The notes below the pieces were generated by a model. That model was not told the origin of the DNA. It saw only the letters and a program-made list of their open reading frames with translations, and ran no database searches. Below, one piece after another: positions 23,257-36,206 of a DNA stretch of 63,769 nucleotides (position 1 is its first letter; each line of letters starts with the position of its first letter). The position numbers and the translations under genes are program-made. Origin of the DNA: Emiliania huxleyi CCMP1516. Lineage: Eukaryota. Where the stretch lies: positions 124,232-188,000 of the forward strand of contig NW_005201123.1 of NCBI RefSeq assembly GCF_000372725.1, given 5' to 3'.

Positions 23257-25767
23257 ATGGCCGAGGTGGAGGACGAGGTTGACTACGAGGACGACGCCGA
23301 CGCCACCGTCGGCTGCAGCGCCGGTGGCGGAACGGGCGCTGCTGCCCTGAGCGTTGACGCGGCTGACGGTGGCACTGATGGCAAGACGGAGCTGAAGGAT
23401 CGGCACACAGCGAAGGGTCGTGACAAGGCGGATCGAGACCGCGATGACGATCAGGCCAAGCGCGACGAGGGTGGGCGCGGAGCGGGCCGCGTAGAGGCGC
23501 GGGGCGCGAGAGACGCCCGGCGGGGTGGTGAAGCTGCGTCGGGAGGGCGGAGGGAGGCGGCGCGTGGCAACGGCGGGGGCGCAGTTGGCGATCGCGACCG
23601 GCGTGTCCGGCGGCGCGACGATGAGCGCGGCGGCGAGCGCGGCGGCGAGCGCGGCGGCGAGCGCGGCGGCGAGCGCGGCGGCGAGCGCGGCGGCGAGCGC
23701 GATCGGCGAGGCGGCGCCAGGGATAGGCAGCGCTCTCGCGAGAGGGGCGGGCGTCGGTCGCGCTCTCCGCGGAAGCGCGAAAGTGGCGGCGGCGGGCGGG
23801 CACGCCGCTCTCGGTCGCCGCGCTCGAGGGAGAAGGGGCGCGCCACGGCATCGCCACCAGCGAACAAGCCGAGGGACCTGCGCGACTCTCTGCGTGACAA
23901 GGTGAGCGCGTAGTTGGTGGTGGAAGAAGGGCGCAACCGGCAGCGGTGCTGGGCAGGCAGGCTCGAGGCAGTAGGCGCTTGCAAAAGAAGGGAGGGACGG
24001 GTGGTGTGGAATTGTGGTGGGTGTGGGTGGGATTGGGGAGGCTCACCGCTCGCTTCAGGCCGCTCGCTTTAGGCTCGCCTACCATGTGTCTAGGAACGCG
24101 AGAGGGAAGCCGACCGGGACAAGGAGCGCGACAGGGAGAGGGACAAGGGAAAGGCCCGCGACGGCGGGCGGGAGGGGGGGCGGGCCTCTCGAAACGACGC
24201 GAGGGGCGGCGGGCGCCGCTCCCGCTCCCGTTCCGCACGCCGGTCTCGCTCTGCGGCTCGCCGCGGTATGGGCGCGCAGCCGTTTCCGTAGAACGCTCCC
24301 AGCACGAACGCGCCAATGCTATGCCCGGCCACCTTGGGTGCTTGGGGAGGACGAGCCGCGATGCAATCTCACTGAGATGCCACCGAGCAGGCCGCCGTTC
24401 GCGCTCGGGCCGCAGAGGAGGCTCCTCTCGCCGCTCGCGCAGCTCGAGCGACCGTTCGGGAGGCAGGGGCAGGCGGGGCGACACCGCCGCCGCCACGGCA
24501 GAGGAGCGCGATGACGGGACAGATGTGTGCCGCGTGAGCGTCAGTATCTCATCGGCTACGGTATTACAGGCGGGTGGCCGAGACGTAGACGGTGGCGGCG
24601 GGCCCGCGTCGGCGGAGGGCAAGGCGGGGAGGGCGCGAGAGGGCGAGAGGGCGAGTGGCGTCAAGCGGTGCGGCGGCCGCGGACGCGGGATGCCTCGCGA
24701 GGTTGGCGATTCGGAGAGAGTAGGGTTCCCGCGATCCTAGGCGCGACAGCAGCGGCTGGGAGGCGGAGCCGCCGGCCAAGCAGAGCCGGGTCGAGAGCCC
24801 TGGCGCCCGCGGCGGCGGCGGCGGCGGCGGCGGCGGTTCGCAGTGGGACGGGCGGTGGGCCCAGGGCGGCGGCGGGAAGGGCGGCGGCGGGAAGGGCGGC
24901 GGCGGCAAAGGCATGGGCGTTATGACGGGCGCGGTGGTCGAGGCACAGGTTCCATGACCAGGAGCCTTGCCCAGTAGGAGGCATGGGCATGGGCAAGGGC
25001 GACGGTCGGGGCGCCGAGGGGTTCGGCAAGGGCGGCGGTGGCAAAGGCGACGGGTGGGGCAAGGGTGGCAAGGGCGGCGGCAAGGGAGGTGGCAAGGGCG
25101 GAGGGAGGGGTGGGGCGCCGCACTTATCGTCCGGCATCCCGCCTCCTCCCATGGCGCCAAGCCGCCCGCCGCCGCCGCCGCCGCCACCTACCGCTGCGCC
25201 GCCACCAATTTCGTTCGATCGGCCGGCGCTCGTCAAGGCGGGGAACAGCGTCGCTGCAGTCCTCGCGGCCGTTCCCATCTCTCCACGCTTCGCTGCGCGC
25301 GCTGTCATCGACGCGCTCGCAAAGGTTCGCCGAGATTTGCCGAGATCTGGGGGAGGGCCTTGCGACGCGCACGTCGGTTCCCGCTCGCAACCTCCCGTCC
25401 TTGCCTCAGGCGCGCGGAGCGCCCGAGGTTGTGCCTGCCAGGGCAGCCGAGGCGACACAGCGGCCGCACGCCGTTCCGTCGCGATGCCCCCTTGACGCGG
25501 CGCCCGCGAGAGCTGTAGGCGCGGCCGTGGGAGCGCGCCGCCGCCCTTGCGCTCTTCCCCGACGCGGAGCTCGCCGCGTACGTCGCTGACGGCCGCGCCA
25601 GGCTAGGCATCCAGGTGCCCGCCACTCGTGTCGATGCCGCGAAGGCTTCTCCTCTGTATGTGCACTGCGACCCGTCTCTTGAATAGGCCGGTGGCGACGG
25701 GGAAGACGACCTCGCCCGCCGCGCCCGGCTCCTCCTCGCGGACCCCGCAGGTTTGCAGGCGGCGTGA
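23257..25767 (+). CDS. RS/RGG- and GKGG-rich low-complexity protein (putative RNA-binding), multi-exon
   Basis: MAEVEDEVDYEDD start, (ERGG)6 encoded by a 12-bp tandem at 23623-23700, RSRSP dipeptides, GKGGGKGG tract, poly-Pro. Exon structure uncertain. Confidence 0.55.
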
Positions 25768-25939
25768 GTGTAATGGGGAGCGATAACCGGAGAATCTCGC
25801 GGAGGCCAACGCGGGTCTTCCGATCTCTGCCCCCCCCCCCCCCCCCCTCTCCCTCGCTCGCTCTCGCGCCGGGCACCGCCTCCGCGGGAGACCAAAGCTC
25901 CCCTCCTCCTGGGACTCGTGGCGAGTACACTTTTCACTG

Positions 25940-26140
25940 GCAGGGGGGGGGGGGGTCCGCCTGCTTTTCGCTGCACATGCTGAAGCCGCCAGGCGCTGTG
26001 AATAGCAGGCGTGGTCTGTACCCTGCTGCCTCCTCCTCCTCTCTGCCTGAAAAAGAATTCTCGACCGTGATCCTTGTTCGTTGTTGCGGGAAAAAGAATT
26101 TTCCGATTTTTTTTCAAGCTTCGAGAGATCTCGGCTGATG
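25940..26140 (+). repeat. mosaic dispersed repeat shared with 27303-27580
   Basis: CTGTGAATAGCAGGCGTGGTCTGTACCCTGCTGC and TTCAAGCTTCGAGAGATCTCGGCTGATG occur in both regions. GGGGTCCGCCTGCTTTTCGCTGC is inverted between them. Confidence 0.8.
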
Positions 26141-27577
26141 TATACAAGCGACATCGGATCGATCGAGCACGAACGAGCGTACTACCGACCCCCGTTTTCG
26201 GCCGTCGCGGCCGGAGAGCACCCCCGTCGCCCCCCGGGGCCCGTCGACACCCCAGGAACGGGCTGCAACAAAGGCAAGCTCGTTGCTGGGTGTGCAGCCG
26301 CCATCCATCTGCTGCTGCTCAGAGCACTCGTTTGACGTACGGACCGACCTTCGTCAGCCTCGTGCCAGGCGTCGAGACGCAAGAAAAAAATTCTGATCTG
26401 ACGTTCAACGCGAGTAGGGGTCAAGGACCGGGCGTTGAACCCAGTCCTTGTGACCGACAGAGGTAGGTCCCACCGGACGGACCGCTCAGCTCCTCCGTGT
26501 CGGGCCGTGGTAAAGTTTTGTGAGATGGACTGCCGCTGGCGCTCGCTCGGTGTAACACGACGGAGGACACCTCTGGCTCGATGACGGATCACTCAAATCA
26601 CGCAATTCTCACACCCCAAGTAGCTAGGAGGGATCTCTTGCCGCTGGAGGTGAGCTTGCTCCTCACTGGGCGGGCAGCAGCGCACGCACACGCACAATAC
26701 GGCTGCATGACGCACTGCAACAGTATCTTCCCCAGTGCGCCATGTGCTCACTTTCCACCTTTCTCACTTGTGCTGCGGTGTGCGCACAGATTCACTGCCG
26801 TTTGAGCGTAATGTGAGGAGATGAGAGGAAGCTTGCCGACGAGGTCCAGGGTGAACGTCGACGGCCGTCGAATCGACGTCTCCGTGGGTGACCACTTTCA
26901 CATCCAGCACGGATGCCTTGTTGTCACAGCCACAAGTAGTCGAAATACGAAAAGAGGTCCGCCGCTCTAGCCGATTGTAGCCGGCTCAGCATAAGACACA
27001 GCGACGCGTCGTAAAAGTCTGTGAGTCCAACCCAGTCAGCTTCTAGGTATGAGGCCATAGCCGCGTCGAAGCTCGGCTCGTAGTCCGCGTCGTGCAAGGA
27101 GACGGACGGAGTGGGGACACTCTTGGCCTGATGTCATGGCGCGCGCCTGATAGTTCCAAGGCTCGTAGCATCCCTGCCAACGCTTACCCAGTGGGTGCAT
27201 GTAGAAGTAGAGGCTGTTCTCGAGGTTCTCGAGGTGGATATCCTTTGGCCGCGTTGGGTAGCGAGGATCGATGTCGCTTGTCGGAGAGCCAAGGACAAAC
27301 AAGCAGCGAAAAGCAGGCGGACCCCCCCCCTGCCAGGCTCTGTGAATAGCAGGCGTGGTCTGTACCCTGCTGCTGCAGCCTCCTCCTCTCTCTGAAAAAG
27401 AAAGAAAACAGACAACCCAGGGGAGGGATGGGAGAAGGCACGCCGCCACCACACAGGGATTTTAAGGAGAGGGGTGTGGTGCGCTAGCCGTCGCCCACCC
27501 TTGGGCCTCCGCCTCGCCACAATTCGCGGATTTCTTTTTCGACGCCCCGCTCTTCAAGCTTCGAGAGATCTCGGCTG

Positions 27578-28556
27578 ATGTTCGCCCTCTCCTTCTCCCC
27601 GCTCGGCTGGAGCGCGACCGTTCGCGCGCCTGGCGCGGCCGCCGGCGCGGCCGCCCGCTTCGAGCGTCCGCTCGTCATGAACGAGGCGGCCGCCAAGGCA
27701 GCCTGGCTCGCCTCGCTCGACCAGCCTTCCTGGGGACCAAAGGCTGCCGCCGTTTCCGCCACCGCGGCCCCTGATGCAACCACGCCGTTTTCCGCCCAGT
27801 CCGAGGCGGCCGCCAAGGCTGCCTGGCTCGCATCGCTCGACAACGAGCCGTCGTGGCTGGGAGCGGCGACTCCAACGGCGGTGGCCAGCGGCGCGCCCCC
27901 GGCATCGCTGTCCGAGGCAGAGGCCAAGGCCCCCCCTCACCTCGTTCAAACCCGTCTCCGACGCGCACGATATCTCCATACCCACCCCCCAGCCATGAAT
28001 AGGCCAAGTGGCTCGCCTCTCTCGACTCTGAGCCATCGTGGCTGGGCGGCGTGGGTTCTGGCACGCCCTTGTCCGAAGCGGCAGCGAAGGCTGCCTTCGC
28101 CTCTCCCTGCGCCGCCCGCTCTACGATAATTTAATCACGGTCCACGGAATACAGGCCAAGTGGTTGGCGAGCCTCGAGACGCAGCCTTCGTGGCTGAGCA
28201 AGGGGCCTGCGGCGGCGCCGGCGCCGGCCTTTGACGCTGCCCCGCCCCTCGCGGCGATGAGCGAGGACGCCGCAAAGGCTGCCTGGCTCGCATCGCTCGA
28301 TTCGACCCCCTCCTGGCTAGGGAAGGGAAGTGCGGCGCCCGCGGCGGCCTCGGCGCCGGACATGAGCGGCAGCGTGGTGCCGACCAGCGTGGGCCTCTCG
28401 GAGGCGGACGCAAAGGTGGCCCAAGCAGCATCCCTCTTGTCTGAACCCAAAACTCCCCCGCAATCGTTCACCACGCTCCTCACTCCACTCTCATCGTCAA
28501 AATAGGCCAAGTGGCTCGCTAGCCTGGAGTCGCAGCCGTCGTGGGTTCGCAACTAG
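27578..28556 (+). CDS. 249-aa six-repeat Trp-sticker protein, probably plastid-targeted (candidate pyrenoid Rubisco linker); exons 27578-27928, 28003-28089, 28155-28415, 28506-28556
   Basis: Three phase-0 introns (GC-AG, GC-AG, GT-AG) join exons of 117, 29, 87 and 16 codons plus TAG. Six copies of [SN]E..AKA[AK]WLASL[DE]..PSW. Confidence 0.85.
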
Positions 28557-29504
28557 CCTTGCAGCGGGCGTGGGCCGATTGGCCTCCCTTGGCCGAAGCC
28601 GGTTTGGGCAAGATTCGGGATTCCTCCCTATCTGTTTGAGATGATCGCAATTGCATGAAGCGCCGAGCTGTGTCTGCTCCTCGCATGGCATTTCCGTGGA
28701 TGGCCGGACCTTGCCGGACTCGGGGAGTGGGGCTGGCCCCCGCTGTCTGTCACTGTTTCCGACATTGCTGTGAGATATGTGTGTTGCTGTTCGGTGTTGG
28801 TCTTGGCAACACCAACAGGTCAGGCTGTTGGCTACATAGAACATACACAACGGCTAGGACGCTAGGATTCGGAGTCCCGCGGGTCGGACGCAAAAGGCCA
28901 TTAATCACGAAAAAAAGAAGAATCACGGCCAGGCAGTCGGCGCACGGGCCTCGGGCGCACGGCCCACGCTCAAGCGTCAAGGAGAAGGACAAAGATCAAG
29001 CGCGGTATCTCCGGGGCCCGCTCTGGACCGAACGCACGAAGAGTGTCTAGATGAAGTCTCAAGGTCTCAACCGTCGACCAAAACGTATAGGGTATAGACA
29101 AAGGCAACGGCCGACGGGCCCGACGCGCGATCAGCGATCGGACCACACGTCGACAGAATGCGCATGCGGGACATACAAGATACATGCGCGCAGCGCGGCC
29201 GCGGGCACGGCGCGCACGGGGCACCGGCAGACCGCCGCCACAGCGGCGTGACGCATACGAGGCGGTGCGCCGGGGGCCTGCCTGGGGCGCTCGAGCGCAA
29301 GCGTCGGGCCTCTCGAGCATCCCTCGCGGGCGCGCGCGTACATGGTATCACGACCCGCGCCGCGCCGCCTCCCGGCGCTGCGGGGCGACTCAAGCTCGGA
29401 GCATTCGGGCCCGAGTCTGCGCACTGGCAGCCGTGCCCGACCGGTCGAGTGCGAACGGGCCCGCTGGCTCGACAGGGACGGCTCGCGGCGCCGGCAGCGC
29501 CCGC

Positions 29505-31536
<2,032 letters not shown>

Positions 31537-31848
31537 TCAGCCCCCGTTGCTCCCCTCTCCGGGGCCTGGCGGGGGTGGGGCCTCTTTGCGGCACACAGCG
31601 AACAAAAGATTTTAGAACAAAAGATTTACCTCAGTTGCCCGGCGCTGCTTGCAGCACCATGGCGAGGGCGCTAAGAGGTTCCTCTTTTCCGCGCCCCCCC
31701 GCAAGGCGCGCGATACACACACCACCGAGTATGCCAGGAGTGAGTGCAGAAGAACGATGAGAGTGGGACGACCGCGAGGTGGCATGAAGGTTGCATGCAG
31801 CGAGAATCGGCGAGAGACTGCGAAAAGAGATACGAAGAGGCAGACTCC

Positions 31849-31962
31849 CTAGGGTGGGCGACGGCTAGCGCACCACACACCTCTCCTTAAAATCCCTGTG
31901 TGGTGGCGGCGTGCCGTCCTCCCATCCCTCCCTTGGGTTGTCTGTTTTCTTTCTTTCTTTCT
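31849..31962 (-). repeat. dispersed repeat, inverted copy of 27396-27505 (partial copy at about 41512-41548)
   Basis: GGGTGGGCGACGGCTAGCGCACCACAC.CCTCTCCTTAAAATCCCTGTGTGGTGGCGGCGTGCC...GGGTTGTCTGTTTTCTTTC. Confidence 0.85.
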
Positions 31963-32663
31963 TTCTGGACTGGAGGAGTGATTTTGAACGAGTGGGCGGT
32001 GCAGGATGTCTGTTTACAGGCGCCGTCCGCCCGCGCGCGCGCCGACCCAACTCCGAGCACGCTCGCTCGCCTGGCGGGGGTGGGGCTGTTGCGGCACAGG
32101 GAACAAAAGAATTTTAAACTGGCGGTCGCACGACACGATTCACGCGACAGGCGAGGCGCGGGCGACGGCTTCCTCAGAAGCCGTCGCCCGCACCACAGGA
32201 GCCCGACCCGAGCAACCCCGCCCCAACCCGACTAACCCGCGAGCCGCTCCCGGCTCCGCCCCCCGCCCAAGACCCACCCGCGCCTGTGCCTTGAGGTTGG
32301 TCTTGGACTTTGAGAAGGGCCGCGGCAGGAACGGGCTGCTTCTGCTCTTCTTCTGCATCGTCGGTCGGGGGGTCGGAGCGAGTGGGGGGCGCGAAAGGCA
32401 GAGAGGACGGTTTCACGGATCATGGATTAACCATAACCGGGCGGAGACCCCCGAGGAGCCACATGCACATGCACATGCACATGCATGTTTTGTGCATGTG
32501 CATGCGCGAAAAACAGCCCAAGACCGACTCGCGAGGTGGGGTGCTAGTACCGCCGAGGCGACAAAACACCTCTCTCCCGAGGCGCAGTTCTCTGTGCGCA
32601 GGCGGTTAGTTAGAGAGAGAGAGAGATTTTTAGCAATACCAACCAAACAACTCTAGTGGTTAC

Positions 32664-32727
32664 TACACAGCAAAACTACGAGCATGGTAACGGGGGCTCG
32701 TTACCATGCTCGTAGTTTTGCTGTGTA
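32664..32727. repeat. perfect 29-bp inverted repeat with 6-nt loop
   Basis: TACACAGCAAAACTACGAGCATGGTAACG-GGGGCT-CGTTACCATGCTCGTAGTTTTGCTGTGTA. Confidence 0.95.
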
Positions 32728-32937
32728 ACCCCGAGACACCCTTCGGAGCTTCGTTGGGAGAGAGATCTTTCTCGCCGATGCCTCGAGGTGTTGTTGATTG
32801 GCAAATCAAGACACAGAGCTCACACGAAAGCACACGACCGTATACCAACACAACCAATTGCCCGAAATCGCAGAGCTAAGTATATAAAAGAAATGACCGA
32901 GTAAAGTGGGCGCTTCGCTTCGTCGGCTCTTCCGTCA

Positions 32938-34391
32938 ATGGACAACTCTTTGCTCGCCCAGATCCAGCGCGGGAGGGAGCTCAAGAAGACGGCGCCTCCT
33001 ACAAGCCCCGCTCCTGCTCTGGGCAAGATCGTCGACACTGATATCTCCCATCGTCACGGCACCGACGATCGTGCTGCGACCACGCGGCCGCCTCCCGGCG
33101 GGATGTTTGCTGGCGGATTCCCCACGCTGCGAAAGGTTGGAGGGCCCGTGAGCGATCTGCGCCAGGCCACTGAGCCTCAGAAGCGCCCTCTGCCACCGCC
33201 GCCACACCCTCCAGCACCCAGTGCTACAGCGGCGAATCCGCGCGCGGCCCCCCGGCAGCCGCCACCCCTGCAGGACATCCTGTCCAAGCCTCTGCCACCA
33301 GCACAGCCAGCGCCGCCTCCATCCGCGCCGCAGAGGCCGCCGCTCCCACCGACCGCCGCAACCACACCGTCTGGCGCCTCGCCGCCGCCAAGGCCGACAC
33401 TGCCACCGCGACCGCCACCGCCGCCACTGCCGGGCAGCGTGCCCTCGCTTGACACGTTACCCGTTCGCCGCGAGTCGTCTGAGCTCAGTGCTTTGCCGAC
33501 AGAGCGCCGCGAGAAGCCTGCCGCCACCGCCGCGGGGACGACCACGCGCTACTCTCTCGGCTGGCCGCCGCCATCGTCGCTGCCGCCACCACCCAAGGCG
33601 TGCAGGGCAAAGAAGGTGTTCCCTTCCGCCGCCCTGCGGTGCGGTGAGAGTGCGAGCGCCAAGAACAGAGGCTCTCGAACTGCTCTCTCCACTCCTCCTC
33701 TGCCGCCTCGGCCAGGCGGTGGGCCACGAGGCGACGGTTGCGGCACTTTGAGCACCGCAGAGCCCCGCGCCATCTGCCCGCCTCCGCCGTTCAAGGCTGC
33801 AGAGCGGAGCCCGGCAAAGCCGCCGCCGCCGCCCCCACGGCCCCAAACACTTCCGTCGGGCGCTCCGGTGAGCGGCTCGCGGCCACAGCCCCCCAAGCCG
33901 CTCGGAAGTGGAGGCGGCGGAGGCGGCAGTGATGACGGCGCCGGCGGTGACGACGGTGGTGGCGTCGCGGGCGGCTGCGGTGAGGCGGGCGTCGCCCCGC
34001 TCCTCTCGCTGCAGGCGAAGCTCGGCGAGGCCAAGGCAGAGCCCAAGATCCGCCTGCCCCACTCCACTCTCTGCCCCCGTTGGACAATGCCCCTCCCCTC
34101 GCACCCCACCCAAGCCCGCTGAGGCCTCTCCGCCGCGCCGAGCATGCCTCGCGTGTGTGCGCACAGGCGCGCGCCGACTTTGAGGAGTGCATCCGGCTCC
34201 GCGATGCCATCGAAGAGGGCATCGCCACGCTCGAGGCGCGCAACGCCTCTCGGCCGCCCCCGCGCCATCACTGAGCATCACATCGATCTCGGCAGGCGGA
34301 AATGCACGCGGCGTCCGCCGCGGGCTGCTTCGAGAAGTGCATTGCCCTGCGGAACCAGCTCGACGTCCTGAAAGCCCCGAGCCGCGCGTGA
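32938..34391 (+). CDS. WIP/verprolin-like actin regulator (2 WH2, Pro-rich) with two C-terminal UVR-like motifs; exons 32938-34035, 34167-34235, 34296-34391
   Basis: SLLAQIQRGRELKKT (WH2), GGMFAGGFPTLRKV (WIP second WH2), poly-Pro, RYSLGWPPPSSLPPPPK...KVFPS (WASP-binding-like), then ADFEECIRLRDAI and GCFEKCIALRNQL. Two GC-AG introns. Confidence 0.75.
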
Positions 34392-34839
34392 CGGCGGCGC
34401 TGGTGTGTTGTGGTGGTGGTGGGCGCGCGCCTCTGATCAATCACCCCGGTGCCCGGACGGGGGTGGATGTGCGCCATCGTCAAGTACTTCACCACGCCCC
34501 CGGCCAGGTTGCCAGGCGGCTCGACGGGGCGCCGACCCCGATGCAACCAACCGCGGAGCGCTCTCACGCCGATCCATGGCCTCGCGCCTCGCTCGGCTGC
34601 GCGCCGCGCCAAAGCCAACCCCAGGCTCCCAGGCAGGGGGCGGTGACGGTGCAACCCCACGTGCACGAATATCGTCATCGTTATAACTAATTCCTGGTCT
34701 AAGGACCAACATATTTGGCATGCGAACGTTGTGTCATAATCCGTCCGGGAGAGGGCGTGCACGTAAAACACAGATGAGATATGAGATGATGTGCAGAACA
34801 CCGTAATAATTACGCCGTCATACATGGACATCTCTACGC

Positions 34840-35480
34840 AACATCGGAAGATCCTTGGACTGTAGATCGTAGATGCCTTTTAGAGATCTCTTAAGTGGCA
34901 AATCTCCTGCCAAGAGCAGCAGTAGATTGAAGAACTGGTGGAGGCAAATCTTCTCCGGTGTAGATGCTCGAGAGGAGTCTGAGATCTCGAGTTGGTGCGT
35001 GCAGTCGCTTGAGATCTTGCGACAGAGGTGGAGATTCTGACTTCGCGCCAAAGGCGCCTAGAGATCGTGTGGGCCGACTGGAGATTGCAAAATGGCGCGA
35101 AAAGAGGGTGGAGATCCTTTTGCATTGTGAATGAATCCATAGCGCATCTCCTTGAAGGTTTGAGCCCCCCTCCTCCCCCGGGCCCCCGAATCGAGATTGG
35201 GGATTGGAGATTGGAGATGGAGATCGGAGATCTGACTGAATCCGGCCTAAGATGACGACGTTGGAGATTGGTCGCCAGTAGATCCCTCCAGTCCGGTTCC
35301 CCATTCAAGACTAAAGAACGAAGATTGAGATTGTGGATTGCAGATCGCTGAGCAGCAACACGGGCCAAAATGTGGAGATAGGAGATGGAGAATGCAGATT
35401 GTAGATCCTAGCGCCCAGCCATCCGCCCCAGATGTGAGATCGAAGATTGAAAATGGAGGTCGTAGATTGCTGCCGGGATC
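34840..35480 (+). repeat. GAGAT/AGATC-rich degenerate repeat array
   Basis: Dozens of (G)AGAT(C/T/G) words on the + strand; no credible ORF. Confidence 0.65.
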
Positions 35481-36206
35481 GAACCACTCCGGGATGGGCA
35501 AGCCCATCGTTCTATAGTGTGTTGAAGACCGACGACCGCGCAGCCGTCTAGACGACGGCCACACACACACACACATAGTGTCCTTACCACCCCTGGACCA
35601 CTGCATCTGCGCAGTTTCGTACCGCTGCGGCGCGGTTTTGCAAAACCGTTCTGCAGCGGCGCGGTTTTGCCCTTCACCCGCAGCCGTAGATCAATAGTCA
35701 GTAGGTAGGTAGGTAGAAAGGTGAAGAACAGCCAGGCTCGGACTGGACACCAACGCGGTATGGGTGGACGCTGGACAGATGATGACGACACGCACGAGCG
35801 ACACACAGACACAAACAGGCTCACAAGACACACAGCCAGCTGGCTGCCACACACCCTGAGTCGGCGTACACATAACTCAGGGCCACATCCTCCCTGTCGC
35901 CCCCCCCAGCACTCCACGGTGCCAAGGGCACAAACAAGGGCACAACTCAAACAACAGACGACAGGAAGTGACATGTGAGGCTAGAGCAGCTTGCTCCACC
36001 TCTAGCAATCTCACCGGCCTGCGAGGCACGGACGAGACCGTATGTGGGGTCTAGTGAGGTGTCTATGGACGCCCTCCTCAGAGGCTAGCTGCCTACGGCT
36101 AGCCCTCCTCGCACTCACAGGCGATGACAATCCAATGTATGAGTGTATGCAAGCTGTCCATTGCCCAGTAAGAGAAAGAAAGAAAACTAGCCAGGTGGCG
36201 TCCTCG

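Noticed and set aside
26560..27300. Possible coding fragments between repeat modules
   Set aside because: Short frames with no motif or splice-consistent model.
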